Shown here: positions 25,588-39,490 of the stretch, piece by piece
Layout of the letters: every line of letters starts with the position of its first letter
Numbering within the stretch: the first letter of the stretch is position 1
Origin: Camelus ferus
Lineage: Eukaryota
Direction of reading: 5' to 3'
Length of the DNA: 64,000 nt
Assembly: GCF_009834535.1 (NCBI RefSeq)
Contig: NC_045696.1
Span: 98,582,001-98,646,000 of the forward strand
Position numbers and translations under genes: made by a program
The notes under the pieces: model-generated
What the model was told of the DNA's origin: nothing
Seen by the model: only the letters and a program-made list of their open reading frames with translations
Databases searched by the model: none

Positions 25588-26919
25588 GTGACCCAAGAAC
25601 CAGTGAAGCTTTACATAGCTAATTAATTGGGCTTGAAGTTGCTAGTTACAATCCACAGGAAATAACATTAAACTTTGGAGTCTACATGTGTACACAAAAT
25701 CCTTATAAATAACATCAAGTGGTATTTAAATGAATAGAGAAAAAAAAACGGGTGGGATATAAGACAGAAATACAAATTGTAAATCTGAAAACAGAGCCAC
25801 TATTGGGAAGGTTGGTCTGGGTTTTATTTATTTGTCTACTTGTTTATTTAGTAACAGAAATTTTTATTCTAAGTTGTTCTGAAATATGAGTTTGCTTTTA
25901 AATCAAATGTCCTGAAGTAAGTCTCAGCCTTCAGTTTCATCATAAAAGCTGTTAAGTTGTAGTGTTGTTAAAAAATAGAATTTCTGAGTAAAACTTTGTT
26001 ACAAGGAAATAAAAATCATTTTCAGAAACACTATTAAACATAGGCTAACAATCTCTCACTCTAGTAAAGACTTAGTTGCCAGTATGAAAGCATATATATG
26101 ACTATCAGGAACAAAATTCTAAGAAAAAAAGTAATATTGTAGTATAGAGATTAGAATTTTTATTAAACAAATATGCAAGGGTTATGATCTTCTGCCTCTA
26201 CAATATCATAATTTGCTAACTTGCAAAGTACTATACGCACTTAGGGCCAAATTCATTTTTATAAGAAATTGAAGCAAATCCGTATTTCAAATAGTCTTTT
26301 ATATAATTTTGAAGTTTGGGGCCAGTTTCTCACCCATTGTGATTAAAACATCATTGTTCACCTTGTAAAATGGCTGATGAGGGCTGCTGTTTCCTGTTGC
26401 TTGTCTGTGCCTGTATTATTAGTAGTATTGTCAAGTTTTTAATTTTAGTGTCTACCATGTGCAGGTTAGTGTAGTCAAAATGAGCTCCGATAACTCATAA
26501 ATCCACATATTAAGGCAAAACACACTGCCAAATGATGCAGTGATTCCAAAAACAGACAAATGGGTAAGCCCTCCTACCCCAGCCTCCTCCGACTGTAGTG
26601 TTTGCCTCACACTCATTTATGACATTCTGTAAAAGGCACATGGCCATCTGATACAGAAACTGAGTGACAGTGTCAGGGTCAATACAAATATTAAGTAATA
26701 ATCGTGTTTTATTTCTTCCTTCTCTTGGATAAAAACAAATAATAAAAGAAGGTCTCATATTTCCTTCCTGCAACCCCATGGATTATACACTTTGGTTCTG
26801 CACCTTATTGGGAAACCGCTAAAATGCATGTGTATCAGGCATCCGTTTATTTATACGTAGATTCATTACCTGCCCTTTCTTTCTTTTCTTTACCATTTTG
26901 AAATACATTTGCAAGGCCC

Positions 26920-27327
26920 CTTCTGAGGTGCCAAGATTTACAAGATAGTCTTGGCCACATGAGGGTGAGATCAGTCAAGCTATTTTCGCCTTCTTTCTGC
27001 TTCCTTTGGTGTCCCTACCATGGCTAAGTTCTCTCTGTGCCTCTAGTTCTCTCTCTACCTTTGGGAAGTATCTCCCTCCCCAGTTCTGTCTCCTGGCAGA
27101 CAGGCCCTCCCTCTTCCAGCCCTAGCAGACCTCTGTTAGTCGGCTTCGGCGTTCTAGCAACACCATTCCTTCCCGTCACCCTCCAGCCCAAGGGATTGTA
27201 GTGACTCTTTGCAGTTACTAGTTTCTGGCTTGCTATCAGCCTCCATTAACAATCCTTCAATGTTAATGTAATTATTTGTAAGATTTAGAATGGTTTCTCT
27301 TTTCCTGATTGGTCTTTGAGTGATAGA
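26920..27327 (+). mobile_element. ERVL LTR remnant (LTR33-like)
   Basis: ctagcaacaccattccttccc...ccagcccaaggg...gcagttactagtttctgg and 3' end tttcctgattggtctttgagtgata. Confidence 0.6.
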
Positions 27328-28375
27328 ACAGGGTATATCAATTAAAGGGTATCCGAAATCTAGCAGTCTGTTTATCTAACATGGTAAGTCCATGAAGAGG
27401 ACATGATCAGCTGAGCTGAAGATGAAAATGTTTATGGATGTTGGAATGGGTATGTGAAATAAAGTAGTCCCTATTCAGATTGCCGCACTTGCCTAATTGG
27501 GTAACCAGAAAGCTTATGCAGAGATCTCCATTAAGATAAGCTTTCATTCAGTTACCAAGGGAGAAGGGGCATTCAAAATTTCTCCACTGTCAAACCATAG
27601 TCTGTTAAGGTGGAATGAATAATGCCAAGATATCACTCTCCTTTCCAAAACCTGAGAGATCTTACACTGAATGAGGTACCAAAAGGCAGGCCACTTCTGG
27701 AACAGCACGAGTCACCAGTATTATTTATCTGAAACCGCTGACCATCTCATCTACTGGAGTTAAAAATGGCAGACCAGGAGTGAGGAACACTTAGAAAATT
27801 GAGAAACAGGTCACCATGATAATGATTGAAAAATGAAGGTCGTAATTTATGGATAAACCAAATAACTGTGCCCTATTTGTTTTAAAAGATACAGCAGAAC
27901 ATCGTATCAGTGAAACTCCCATAGATGACTATTTACTTATAAAAAAACCCATCTCAGTCAGATAATCCCCCAGACACTATAGGTGTGGTAAACAGCGCCC
28001 TGCTATTGATTCATCCCTGTTTTAACTTCTTCCGAGATACTTGATCAAGACAGTAAGCTGTTTATGGCTGTGTGACAAACGTCTCTTGTGATCCCCATTA
28101 AAGCCAGGGTGAGGTAATAGCATGTTGAATGCATGAGAGACGCTCTTTAGTACACTCATCTTGACATTTTATTCGAGAGTCTTTGTGCAACGTGGTGTCT
28201 ATGTACTAGAAACATAAAGATGAAGGAAACAGAATCCTGACTTGTAAGCTCCCAGTACAAAGAGACAGACTCACAGTTTAGTAAACAAATGTTGCATAAT
28301 TTACTTGGTCACAAAATTTCTTATGTGATTCTAACACTCTCCAACTATGAGATTTAACATAGCAGATATGTTATA

Positions 28376-28606
28376 CGTTAATCTTTGAACAACATGCGTT
28401 TGAACAGCATGGGTCTACTTAGAAGCAAATTTTTTCAATAGTAAATACTGCGGTACTACACAATCCACAGTTGCTTGACTCCATGGATGCAGACCTGCAG
28501 ATGTGGAGGAACGGTATATATGGAGGGCCAACTATACATTATACTGGATGTTCAACTGTTTGGAGGGTCAGCGTCCCTAACTCTCACGCTGTTCAAGGGT
28601 CAACCA
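28376..28606. mobile_element. MER8-like Tigger MITE
   Basis: Degenerate TIRs (cgttaatctttgaacaac / gctgttcaagggtcaacc) flanked by TA. Confidence 0.85.
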
Positions 28607-28999
28607 TATTTTATTCTCTTAAAAGGAACACTGTTCTACCAGTGTAAAGTTACCTTGTAATTTGCATCTTGCTTTTGGATTGGCAGCATCTCTGAAAATG
28701 CCAGTAGTTCCATTGTTTCGAATGTACAACACTGTATCTTGTACCTGTTTGACAAAGCCGTTAGCACTATGGCCTAGTACACATTTGCTTCAGGATTGAT
28801 TCTGATTCTAGAGTCTTTTCAGAAAGACTGGGAGATTTTCAAATTATCCCTAGCTTTTACCAATATAAAAATTATGCTTTGTTTTTGATAAAGCTGGAAA
28901 GAAACATTATTCTCCTGTATCTGATGCTTGGTTTTCTTGGAGAGTAACTTAGCAAACTGGCAGTCTGGCCCCGTGCTCTGTATTCCCTCTATAAAACAG

Positions 29000-29560
29000 A
29001 TTAATCAATGCCTCTGTGTTCTAATAGGTTGCTCTCAAGCTGCACCTGCATTTCTGCCCCTACTAATTGAGTGTGTGAGTCATGTGTGTTAGTTTCCAAA
29101 CGTGTATATATCTGTTGTGCTTTTTAATAATTATAAAATATAATTAAACATTATATAAATTAAAAACATATCAAAACACTTGTTTTTCTGAAAACTAATC
29201 AGAATGCTCTGAAAAGACTTAATAGATATGAATTTTTCTTTGGAAAAAGAGATATTTAAGACAAGATTGTTTTGTTGAGGTTGAAAGTATGGGGATTACA
29301 AAAATCTCAAAGGATTCTGTGGTCAGATTTCTTTGCAAGCTTTTTCAAGTAATTACTTTGAACGTGTTTTAAAGTTGTTAAAGAAAACAGTCTGATCACC
29401 AACTTTGTACTCAGAGGAAAGGCCATAGTTCTAAATCAAAGGATTGGTGAATAAAGGTATATTTGTAACTTTTTAACTGAAGTAAAGATTTATTTAACTG
29501 AGTTTCAAATGGCCAAGTAATCACAAGGCTAGATTTTGTGGGATAATTGAGCTTTCACTG
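29000..29560 (+). mobile_element. Old Tigger (Tigger15a-like) remnant
   Basis: gaatgctctgaaaagact, aaaaatctcaaaggattctg...cagatt, gaaaggccatag...aaaggattggtgaat; ends ctttcactg-TA. Confidence 0.6.
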
Positions 29561-31059
29561 TAGTTCTCTAGGTAGAAGCATTTTCTTCTTACCTCCCACA
29601 GAATCGTGTGCCCTTTGAGTGTTGTTTCCTCCCTCTTTGAATCCAGTACCTTGCACGTAATGACCATTTAATAAATGTTGAATGAATGGCCAACAGATTT
29701 CAAATCTGTATCTTAGGAACTGGGACACTATCATTTTAGAGAGAACTAAAGAAAACTTACTTTTGGCAAAGTATTGATCATTGTTTTATGTAAGCTTGAA
29801 GTCATTGGTTTATATATTATTTGTGGCGTTCAATTCTCTTTTAGCTCTGTCAGTTACTTTAGATTGAATATCCTTGTCTTTGTCCTAAATTAAAGGTTAA
29901 ACTGGCAATGAAGTCTTTGAAGGTATACACTGCCAATCATAATAATATTGGTTGTACAAAAGCACACTTATCTAAGATATTTTAATAAAAAATTCAAGTG
30001 TGATTTCACCTATTCCAATGCCTGCCATCACCCTCCACGGAATCAGCAAATGAACTTTCCACAAAATCTTGGGTCTTGCAAGGTTTCCATATGTCAGCTC
30101 ACTTAAAAGAAAAGAAAGCCTTGGAAAGCAAGGCCATGAGCACAGCATACTAATCAAAATGTACTTCTTGGCACTTTTCCTGTGGTCACCCAAGGGAAAA
30201 TATGTCTGCCACTCCACAGCAAGCATAAAATTTCATCCTGACTTTCAAGGCAAAACACCAGTGTAATTGACATGTACTACTAATCAGATGAGTATAACAC
30301 ATGATAATATCTTTTCCTCTGTGACTAAGAGTTGATATGCTTCAGTGGTTATCGCAGCATGCGTGAGGCTACCCTCTTTATATGCACATAGGTGTTCGAC
30401 TAGTGCATTTGAAAACCAGCACGAAGCACTCCGTCCATATGTGATTAATTAATTGAAACAATTGCCATGTGAGTTGCTGGCCACCACATCTGTATATTTC
30501 TCTAGGCTGCAGTCAGCACCAGATGTTCTACCAGATGATGGTTTATGATGCCACAAGGTACCTCTGACTATCCTGGTGGGGATACGGGCCCTGGGTTCAC
30601 TTGGTCCTGCAGCAGGACAGTGAGAACCGACAGTAAACAGCATAGTGACCAAAGAGACACTTGCCTGAAAAGCTCCATCCATCCTTGCCCCATTGATGGA
30701 CACACAGAGAGAAGGGCACCTTCCCACTGTGACTGCAGACTTTACTAGACTTAACAAAATCCTCTAATATTATAGCGTTCTGCAAATGCCTTGTAACTAA
30801 ACTGCCCATTATATTAGCCACTGGTGAATTTCCTTAAAATGCTGTTTAAGCATATTACTCATTTTACTTCTGTGCTAATGTTCTAATTTTATGGGGAATA
30901 TTTGATTTATTCCAGAAAGCAGCTATACTTTTCACTTAGAATATACTTCTACAATTTTATTAAATTCTTATGTCTGTATTTTTTTAAAAAAAAGAATATA
31001 TGGCCTACTGGTTAATATTATTCCAAGTAACTTCTTTTTGAAAAATAGTTCCTTTTAAT

Positions 31060-31215
31060 CATTTCGTTCATTTCATATTTATTGAGTACTCTTGTGTACT
31101 AGACACTGTTCTAGGCATTGAGGATACAACAATAAATAAAACAGACAGAATCTCTGTCCTTATACAGTTTAAATTAAAGCAAGAGAGATGACATTCTCCT
31201 GGGGGAGTTTATATT
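31060..31215 (-). mobile_element. L2 3' tail
   Basis: atatttattgagtact...agacactgttctaggcattgaggataca. Confidence 0.8.
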
Positions 31216-31230
31216 CCATTGAGGAAATAT

Positions 31231-32257
31231 GCTTTAGTGCATTTTGTTTTGTTTTGTTTTACTAATTGAAGGTTCATGGCAAAGAGTAATTTTGACTTTT
31301 AAGTCTTATTGTTTAAGAAATATATTTCATAAGGCTATGGCTACCATTGATAAGGAGTCCTCTGATGGATCTGGGAAAAGTCAATTGAAAACCTTTTGGA
31401 AAGGATTCACAAGAAGCCATTAAGAACACTTGTGATGAGAAGAGGTCAAAATATCAACATTAACAGGAGTTTGGAAGAAGTTGATTCCAGATTTCATGGA
31501 TGATTTTGACGAAATAATGGAGGAAGTAATTGCAGATGTGGCGGAAACTGAGTCAGAAATGGAGCCTGAAGATGTGACTGAATATGCTGCAATCTCACGG
31601 TAAAACTTTCACAGATGAGGCGTTGTTCCTACTTACAAAGGAGCAAAGAAAGTGGTTTCTTGAGGTGGAATCTACTCCTGGTAAAGATGCTGTGAAGATT
31701 TTTGAAATGACAACGGAGGATTTATAATATTACATCATCTTGGTTGAGAAAGCAGTGGGAGACTTTGAGAGGACTGACTCCAATTTTGAAAGAAGCTCTG
31801 CTGTGGGTAAAATATTATCAAGCAGCGTTGCATGGCACAGAGAAATCATTCATGAAAAGAAGAGTTAACAGATGAGGCAAACTTCACTGTTGTCTTATTT
31901 AAGAAATCGCCACAACCATCCCAGCATTCAGCGACCACCACCCTGATCAGCTGGCAGCCACCAACATGGAGGCAAGACACCTCGACCGGCAAAAAGATTA
32001 TGACTTGCTAAAGGCTCGGATGATGGTTAGCATTTTTTGGTAATAAAGTATTTTTTAAGTTAAGTTGTGTTCATTGGTTTCTTTTTTTTTTTTTTTTAGA
32101 CATAACTCTATTCCATATTTACTAGACTAGAGTATAGTGTAAATGTGACTTTTATGTGCACTGGGAAACCAAAAAATTCGTGTGACTTGCTATATTGCAG
32201 TATTCACTGTATTGTGATGGTCTGGAATCGAACCGCGGTATCTCTGAGGTCTGCCTG
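31231..32257 (+). mobile_element. Tigger1 DNA transposon, internally deleted, with decayed transposase C-terminus
   Basis: From 31286 translates [42 protein letters not shown] (Tigger1/TIGD1-like); 3' TIR tatctctgaggtctgcctg followed by TA. Confidence 0.92.
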
Positions 32258-33699
32258 TATAGATGGGTAACAAGAATGAGAGGTGACTGAGGAGGGTGAC
32301 AAGGGCTTCTTCCTGCACAGGGATGACCCAGCTTTTCAAGTCAGTGGCTTCAGGAGCCAGAATGAGGTTGGCATCAAGCCCTGGCGGCCTGTTGGGTTAC
32401 TCTCATGCTGAAGGGGAGGCACGGCTGCCATAACTGGGGAGACAGCCTCTGCTCTGCTGCGTCTTCTTCAAGGATTCCAAGCCATCCAGAGAAGCCAGAG
32501 TCCCTGGACGTTAGAAACACGTGTGGGCCTTGATGGGACCATGAGCAGCGCCTGCCTGGGCTGACCCTAGTGAGTGAGCGAGCCTCTGACAACCTGCTTA
32601 GACTACAGCCAAAGCCTTCCCCCAAGCGTCTCCTTCCCCCAGAGTTCAAACGACATCAACTGCACTGACTTGGACATTGAGTAGGCATCCCGTTCTTCCT
32701 TTGTTTAACTCCAGTAAGTTCTCTGTGCCCAGGATGCACTTCTCCCTTAACTCCCCATATAGGGAAGCCCCTGGCTGGCCAGAGGCTTTAAGCCTGCCTG
32801 GCTTGTACTATCAGGGGAAAGCCGGGAGTGGCTGGAGGGCAGTCGTGAGCTGGGCTTGGATTCCTTCAGTATCTGGGGTGCAAGGCATGTACCAGGCCTG
32901 ACTGTTGGCTGTGCCTTCAGTGATGGGCCCCCGGCAGGCCCTGCTGTGGTTCTCTGGAAGAAAAGTCATGAGTCTCTTTGAATGCTCCTCAAGGTTATAC
33001 AGTTGTAAGATCTGACTAAGTGAGAGTAGCCCAGGGCTGGGGAGTGACCAGAGCTATACCCTCGAGGAAGAAGTGCTCCTCTAAAGGAATGAAGTCCCAA
33101 AGAGTTCTTGGTAGAGACTGGGTTAATGATTGGTGAAATTAGACAGACGGTTTTAGACTTAAGGTGGAGAAAGATCTCAGCCCCTCCACCTGGACGTTAC
33201 CAGGCAGAGCGTGCAAGGATCCCCATTCCCAGGGAAATGAGTTCCTGATGCTCAGTTCCTTCAAACGTTACTGTCTTCAGTCTAAAGGAGGGGATAGATG
33301 ACTTCCTGACACTCTTGACCCCTTCGGGTTCCCTCCTTTTTGAAGCATTAATTCATTTAGTATCTTATTCCTGGGAACGCGTGGCATAAGGAATGGGATT
33401 TAGAGGAATAGAGGCTGCGTCTACCCGGGACAGAGCCTGGAACCACGTGCTGTCTGAGCCTGGGGCCTGGAGGTTGAAGTGTCTCTATGTCTCCCATCTG
33501 TGAACTCTAGCAAGTTGGGGGAGGAAGGGGGGTGACCTGCATTTTACTGATCCAACCAGTCTACGGCTCAGTCAAGTTACTGGCCCAAGGCCACAGTGGG
33601 ACTCCTCTGGGCCAGCTCCCCTCCATTCTGCTCCATGAGAGAGGAAAGTTCTAATGCTTTCTGGGACGTTAGTGCTTCACACTGGAGAGGAAACCAAAG

Positions 33700-34305
33700 G
33701 AACTCTATGTTTATGGAGAAATAACATAAAATAGAATCAAGGTTTTAAAAAGTCACCCCTAATCTTACTACTCAGAGGTAGACATATTAATGTTTTGACA
33801 TCCTTCCTGCCTTTCTTCTCTGTATATTTTCCATTGTTTAAAGCTTAATAAATACACAACTTCTCAGTTTGCTTTTTCAACTTACCATTATCACATAAGT
33901 AATTCCCTCATTACTAAAAGCATCACATATTCAAGATTTTAATAACTATATTGTATTCCATGTACCAAGATTTACTTACTAATTCATCCGTTGCTGGAAA
34001 TTTAGATTGTTTCCACTTTTTCTACTCTGAATAGTATTGCAATGGCTATTCTTGTATTTCAGATATTTCAGATCTACATATCACCAGAAATGAATTATTA
34101 CATGAAATAGATTCCCAAGAATAGAGTGTGACAATTCACTTTTCAAGGAAGTCTTTCAAATTCTTGATATTATTATTATAGAATAACTATGCCAAATATT
34201 AAAATTAAGTGTACTATTTCATTGTACATTTATTTGATTGCTAGTGAGGGCAAACTGTTCCAGAATTTCGTTAGAATTTGTGCTCCCTGTTTTGTTAATT
34301 GTCAG
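33700..34305 (-). mobile_element. L1ME-like remnant
   Basis: aatttagattgtttccacttttt, gcaatggctattcttg, tttgattgctagtgagg. Confidence 0.65.
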
Positions 34306-34314
34306 ATAAGCTTA

Positions 34315-34555
34315 AAGGAAGTTAAGAGGATGGACCCTGAGACAAAGCTGCCTGGATTTGCATCATGGTTCTTCTGCTTACTACCTGTACCATCTCATTC
34401 TCCTCATCTGCAAAATGAGGGGATGATAATAATACAAATGCTACCTCATAGAGTTGTTGTATTATTAAGTGCATTAATACCTGTAACATGCTTAAAACAG
34501 TAAGAGACACATAGTAAGTTTTTATTTTTTTTTAAGTTTGGGGTATTATTATTGT
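34315..34555 (+). mobile_element. MIR SINE
   Basis: ctgcctggatttgcatc...tcctcatctgcaaaatgaggggatgataataatac...acctcatagagttgttgt. Confidence 0.85.
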
Positions 34556-34729
34556 TATTTTAGTCTTACTGGTTTTTTTTTTTAACTCTTTAATGGTTTC
34601 ATCTTTCGTTTACAAATGTTTTCCTAGGTTTATTTATCTATTTATTTGCCTCATGGCTCTTTATATGTCACTCAAAATAACACTCCCTTTGTGATCATAT
34701 CACGATTTTAATCACTACATAAAAACACT

Positions 34730-36200
34730 TCCTTCCCAGTCTACGGCTCTTACTCAGATCTCTCCCTTGAGCTCAGACTCACTTTTCTCTCCTCAATACA
34801 TTCCCAGTGACAAGCCCACAGGCACATTTTGCCAACATGGCTCAAAATGAATTTGTCATGTTCCACCTAAATTTGGCTCCTTGTCCCAAGTTCCCACCTT
34901 CTGTTGGTGACAGCACCATCTATTAAGGACACAGACAGGAGTCTAATGAAGGAGATCAGAACATGCCACCCAGTAATATTCCACATTAGTACAGGGTTAT
35001 TTTGAGCTGAACACCACTGAGGAACACCAGACACAGAAAGAATTCTCTGCCCTTCCCCTTTCTGCTTAAAAGCAGGGCATAAATTTCTCTTTGTAAAGTA
35101 AATTTCCATGTGTAAAGTTGTCTTCCCCTCTCATTGCAGGAGGAGGAGAATGACTCTTAATTTTAGACTCTCAAATATTGGAGGCAACTCTCATCACCTG
35201 AGAAAGATGAGTTTATGTAACAAACATGAAACCTCCTTATCTACCATATATTTCCTAGTTACCTTCCCACAATTTACCTCCCACAATTCACCTACAACCC
35301 TCCCCTCCTTTCCTTTGTTTAGTCACTTCACAATTTATTGCCATTTGTTAAAAATGGTATATAAACCCTTAGGGTTTAACTGTCTCTTTGAGTTTTCATG
35401 CTTTTTTATGGACCCTCCCCCGACCATACATACAAAAATAAAAATAAAATGTGTATGTCTTTTCTCCTGTTGATCTGGATTTTGTCTGTTAATCTGCATG
35501 CTCCAGGAACATGACTTAAGAGGGTAGAAGAAAAGTTTTGCCTCTCCTACACTGAGAAGAATCCTGTATTCCTCCCCGCCTCTCTGGCCAATTGATTATT
35601 GTGGGATTTTTCAATTTAATATATTTTTAATCTGCCCACTTATTTAGGTTCCTACTAGTAATTTTTAATCTATACTTCTCACTGCTCTGTATTCCTGGAC
35701 ATTGTTCCCCATGCCTAATGGCTAAATGGCTCTTCAAGCTCAGCCCTCTTAACTTAGTATACAAGCTACACAACTGCCAGTATTTTCTTCTCTAGTCTTG
35801 TCTGCAGCTTCTTACTTCCTTGAATTTGCTCTCTATTAATTCCAGATTATTTTCAATTTACCAGTGAACAGCTCTTGCTTTTCCCTCAGTTTCATGTGCC
35901 CTTCTCCAACCCCACTCTCACCTTCTTTACCTGTTTTAATCTGAATTATTCTTTTGGACATAGCTCTGATGTCATCTCCTCTACAAAGCATTCCTTTAAT
36001 TCCCATATTTTGTCAATGACCATTTCATCGTATACTGCGTATATTCCTCTCATGGGCTCACTGCACTGAATATATTTATCTGTTTATGTGCTGGCCACCC
36101 ACACTAAATTGTGAGTTCCTCAAATTCAGGGACTGTGTCTCATCATCTTTGTACTCCTAGTATCTGTTTGTTTGATAACAGTTCTCAGAAACATTTAGGT
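34730..36200 (+). mobile_element. L2 3' remnant, split by a MER34-like LTR
   Basis: ctctcccttgagctcagactc, ccaacatggctcaaaatgaatt, actaaattgtgagttcct...cagggactgtgtc. Confidence 0.7.
34947..35551 (+). mobile_element. ERV1 solo LTR (MER34-like)
   Basis: Starts tgaaggagatcagaacatgccaccc; ttattttgagctgaa; aaaatggtatataa; ends ttttgcctctcctaca; 4-bp TSD ctaa/ctga. Confidence 0.85.
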
Positions 36201-36352
36201 TAGAAACTGAAATTGGTCATATAAAGAAGGCATTAAATATGAAAGATGCCTGGGGTCAGGTTAGTACTCACAGGATGTCATAAATTTGGGAGATACCTGT
36301 GCATCCAGAAACTGGTCCTCATGTTTGTAAGACCAAAATGTTGCTTGGTGAA

Positions 36353-36841
36353 TGTGGGACTGTTGGTTGTCTATTTAGCCTCAAGTTTCCTTCTTCCTCT
36401 CTAATCACGTCTCCATTCCTCATCTAGACATCCCCATGCCTGGCACTCCCAGCTGCAGGGATGCGCATAGCTATGTTAATCTGTCTTTGCCAATGATTGA
36501 TTCAGAAATGCCCATGAGACACATTTGGAACTGCTGAGGTTAGAGGAGAGAGGTTCCCTGCATTATTGAGGGTAGTCTTCAAAAGCTGGTTTCCTCTCTC
36601 CCTCTGCATGTTATCCTAGGTTCCTTCTTTCTGTTAAAGTCATTTATCCTGTTATCTTAGCCTGGGGATAAAGATAAGACACTGAGGAAAGATTAACATT
36701 TAGAATCCTGAGGAAACCCAGTTGGAATTGCATCTGACTTCTGTACTTACAGATATACAAGTCAGTTAGATGTCTTATTGCTTAAACTCACTGGAGATCA
36801 ATTTTTTGGCACCCATAGTTGAAAACGTCATAACTGGTTCA
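36353..36841 (+). mobile_element. Old MaLR LTR (MLT1K/L-like)
   Basis: ccaatgattgattcagaaatgcccatgagac, cttattgcttaaactcactgg. Confidence 0.55.
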
Positions 36842-36921
36842 GTAAGCATGACATCACCAGATGAGAAGACTCACTCCCCCAACTCTTGTCTCTCGGCCTT
36901 CTTGCCATTCTTCAAACACAC

Positions 36922-37369
36922 TGTTGTGCATTGATTTGTGTCCCTTTGAAACTCACATGTTGAAGTCTTAACTTCTAGCACCTTAGAATGTGACCTTATT
37001 TGGAAGCAGGATCATTGCAGATGTAATTGGTTTGGCTAAGATGAAGTCATCTGGAGTAGAGTGGGCCTCTGACCAATTATGACTGGTATCCTTACAAAAC
37101 GGGGAATTTGGACCCAGACGTGTACATCTGCCATGTGAAGATGAAGACAGGCATCAAGCCTAGAAATGCCAAATATGGTCAGAAAACCACTCAAAGAGTG
37201 GCAGGTGGAGAGAGGCATGAAACAGATTCCCTCTCACAGTCCTCAGAAGGAAACAACTCTGCTGATACCTTATCTTGGACTTCCACCCTCCAGAACTCAG
37301 ATGAATAAATTCCTGTTGTTTAAGCTGCCATTTGTGGTAATTTGTTACCAGCCCTAGCAAACAAATACA
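36922..37369 (+). mobile_element. MaLR solo LTR (MLT1B/C-like) inserted in L2
   Basis: tgttgaagtcttaac...gaatgtgaccttatttggaa...ctccagaact...aataaattcctgttgtttaagc...gccctagcaaacaaataca. Confidence 0.88.
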
Positions 37370-38449
37370 CTAATATCATTTCTGAGTTAGAGCTTTTGCA
37401 CTAGCTGTCTCTGCACTCAGAATGCCCTCACAGCTCTTCTTTAATTCCCGGTCTCTTCTTAGTTTTCAGATCTCAGCTGAAGCATTCCCTCCTCACAGAG
37501 GCCTTCCAGTGCTACCTAATCTAGAGCAACCCCATAGTTACTGTAGATCACCACCCTGCTTTCGTTGTCTGCTAAGCCTTCACCACTCTCTGGTATATTT
37601 TTGGCAGATTTAATTGTGTATTGACTGTCTGTACCCTCGACCTGAGTGCAAGCTTCATTGGTGAATATAAATTTCATCTTATTTATGTGAAAATATACAA
37701 ATCTCTCTCAGTTCATTCAGGAAAAAAAGATTGCTTTTTGAGAATCATCTTATTCATATGAATGAACACAGCTAATTCTAAAGTTAACAGGACCCTCGTG
37801 TGTTCATTCAAGAGCAGAATTTGCCCCACTGTGTATGCCACTCACTGCCTTTATTTACATTATAAATTACCTCACTTTTTATGTCTACTCCCGTTCCATT
37901 TCCCTTATAGTCTATTATTTTAATATAATATGTTAAAATGGAATTAGCAATTAAATTACTACACCATTATTCATACAACCTAGAGTGTCTGACCTCTGTT
38001 GCTAGAAGCAACAGGGATTTGTAATTGACTAAATCTCCAAGTGTGTGTGGACTCCTTTAATTGTACATGATATTTTCTGGGTGTCGACATGGTCAGAAAT
38101 TCCACTTTAATTCTATTCATTCCTCATGAGGGAGACTGAGTTATGTTTAGGGTATCATTTGAGTTCTCATTTAGATGAACAGATTTGAAGATGCGTGCCC
38201 CATTGGGTCCCTATGCACCTTTTGAATTCCGATATCTCTAATATGTTTTCTTAATTTGCTCTATTATGTAGCTTTTTTTTGTAATTTCTGCAAAATTCAT
38301 CAAAGAGTAATATGTTCTTCATTATCCTCAAGTTAGTTCATATGCATATCTATCAGAAGCTCTTGTGAGGCAAGGACCATCCTTTTTATATCATTGCATT
38401 TTTTATAGCGTCAGTCAATCTAATAAGTGCCTAGAAGAGTGCCTGGAAC

Positions 38450-38864
38450 TGTGAGTTCTTCAGGGATGTTGTAATAAAGTACCACAAACTGGGTGGCTTA
38501 AAACAGAAATGTATTATCTCACAGATCTGGAGGAGAGAAGTCCAAAATCAAGGTGCTGGCAGGGCTGAGCCCCCTTTGATACCTGCTGGAAAGTCCTTCT
38601 TTGCCTCTTCCCAGCTGCCAGTGGTTTCCATCTCTGACTTCCTTGTTAAATGTTATCCCTGTGTGTGTGTAGGGGCTGGGGGGGGGGCTTGTCTTCACAT
38701 GGCTGTCCTCTTATAAGGATACCAGGAATATTGTATACCAGTATGATTTCATCTTTACTAATTATATCTGCCGTGGACTTATTTCCAAATAAAGTCACAT
38801 TCTGAGGTACTGAGGGTTAGGATTTCAACATATCTTTTTGAAGGCACAAAATTCACCCTATAAT
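38450..38864 (-). mobile_element. MaLR solo LTR (MLT1C-like), antisense
   Basis: aaagtaccacaaactgggtggcttaaaac...aagtccaaaatcaaggtg...ttatttccaaataaagtcacattctgagg. Confidence 0.88.
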
Positions 38865-39149
38865 CGTGGATAAATAACAAATATTTGTGGAATAATCAAC
38901 AAGCATGGAAGGTTGATAGACAGTGACCTTCATGTATTTCTACTGAGTCTACAGAAGAAGTATTGGCCCAGGTAGATAAATGGAGAAAGGACAGTATCAG
39001 AAAACAAAATAATTTATAAGACGCAACTCATTAAAAAAGCCTGTTGGAAAATGTTCAACCCTCACTAGTGAAAAATATATGCATGTGATTATCATAGGAG
39101 TCAGAAATTTTACTCCACAACTTGGAGGATAAAATATAGCACATTTCTT

Positions 39150-39490
39150 GTATTTGTTTTATTTATATAGCATATATATTTCCTTGGCCAATTCAGTTTC
39201 ACTTTCTTAGGGAAGTTTGTTCTGATCTCTCCTTCTGGGTCACACTTCTCTAATATAATGGTTTCTAAACCACCATGTACTTCCCTTTGATAAAAACTTG
39301 CCACATTTGTGACTTTACATTTATTTGTGTGGATATTTGATTATTGCCTTCCCCAGGGGACCTTCAACTCCAAGACCAACTGTGTCTATTTTTGTTCTTT
39401 ACTTCTGCAACACTTAGCCTAGCACTTGATGGTAGGTGCTCAATTAATGATTGATTGATTGACTGATTGACAAAATGAAGAAATGAATTG
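39150..39490 (+). mobile_element. L2 3' end with (GATT)n-like tail
   Basis: cacttagcctagcac...gtaggtgctcaattaatgattgattgattg. Confidence 0.75.
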
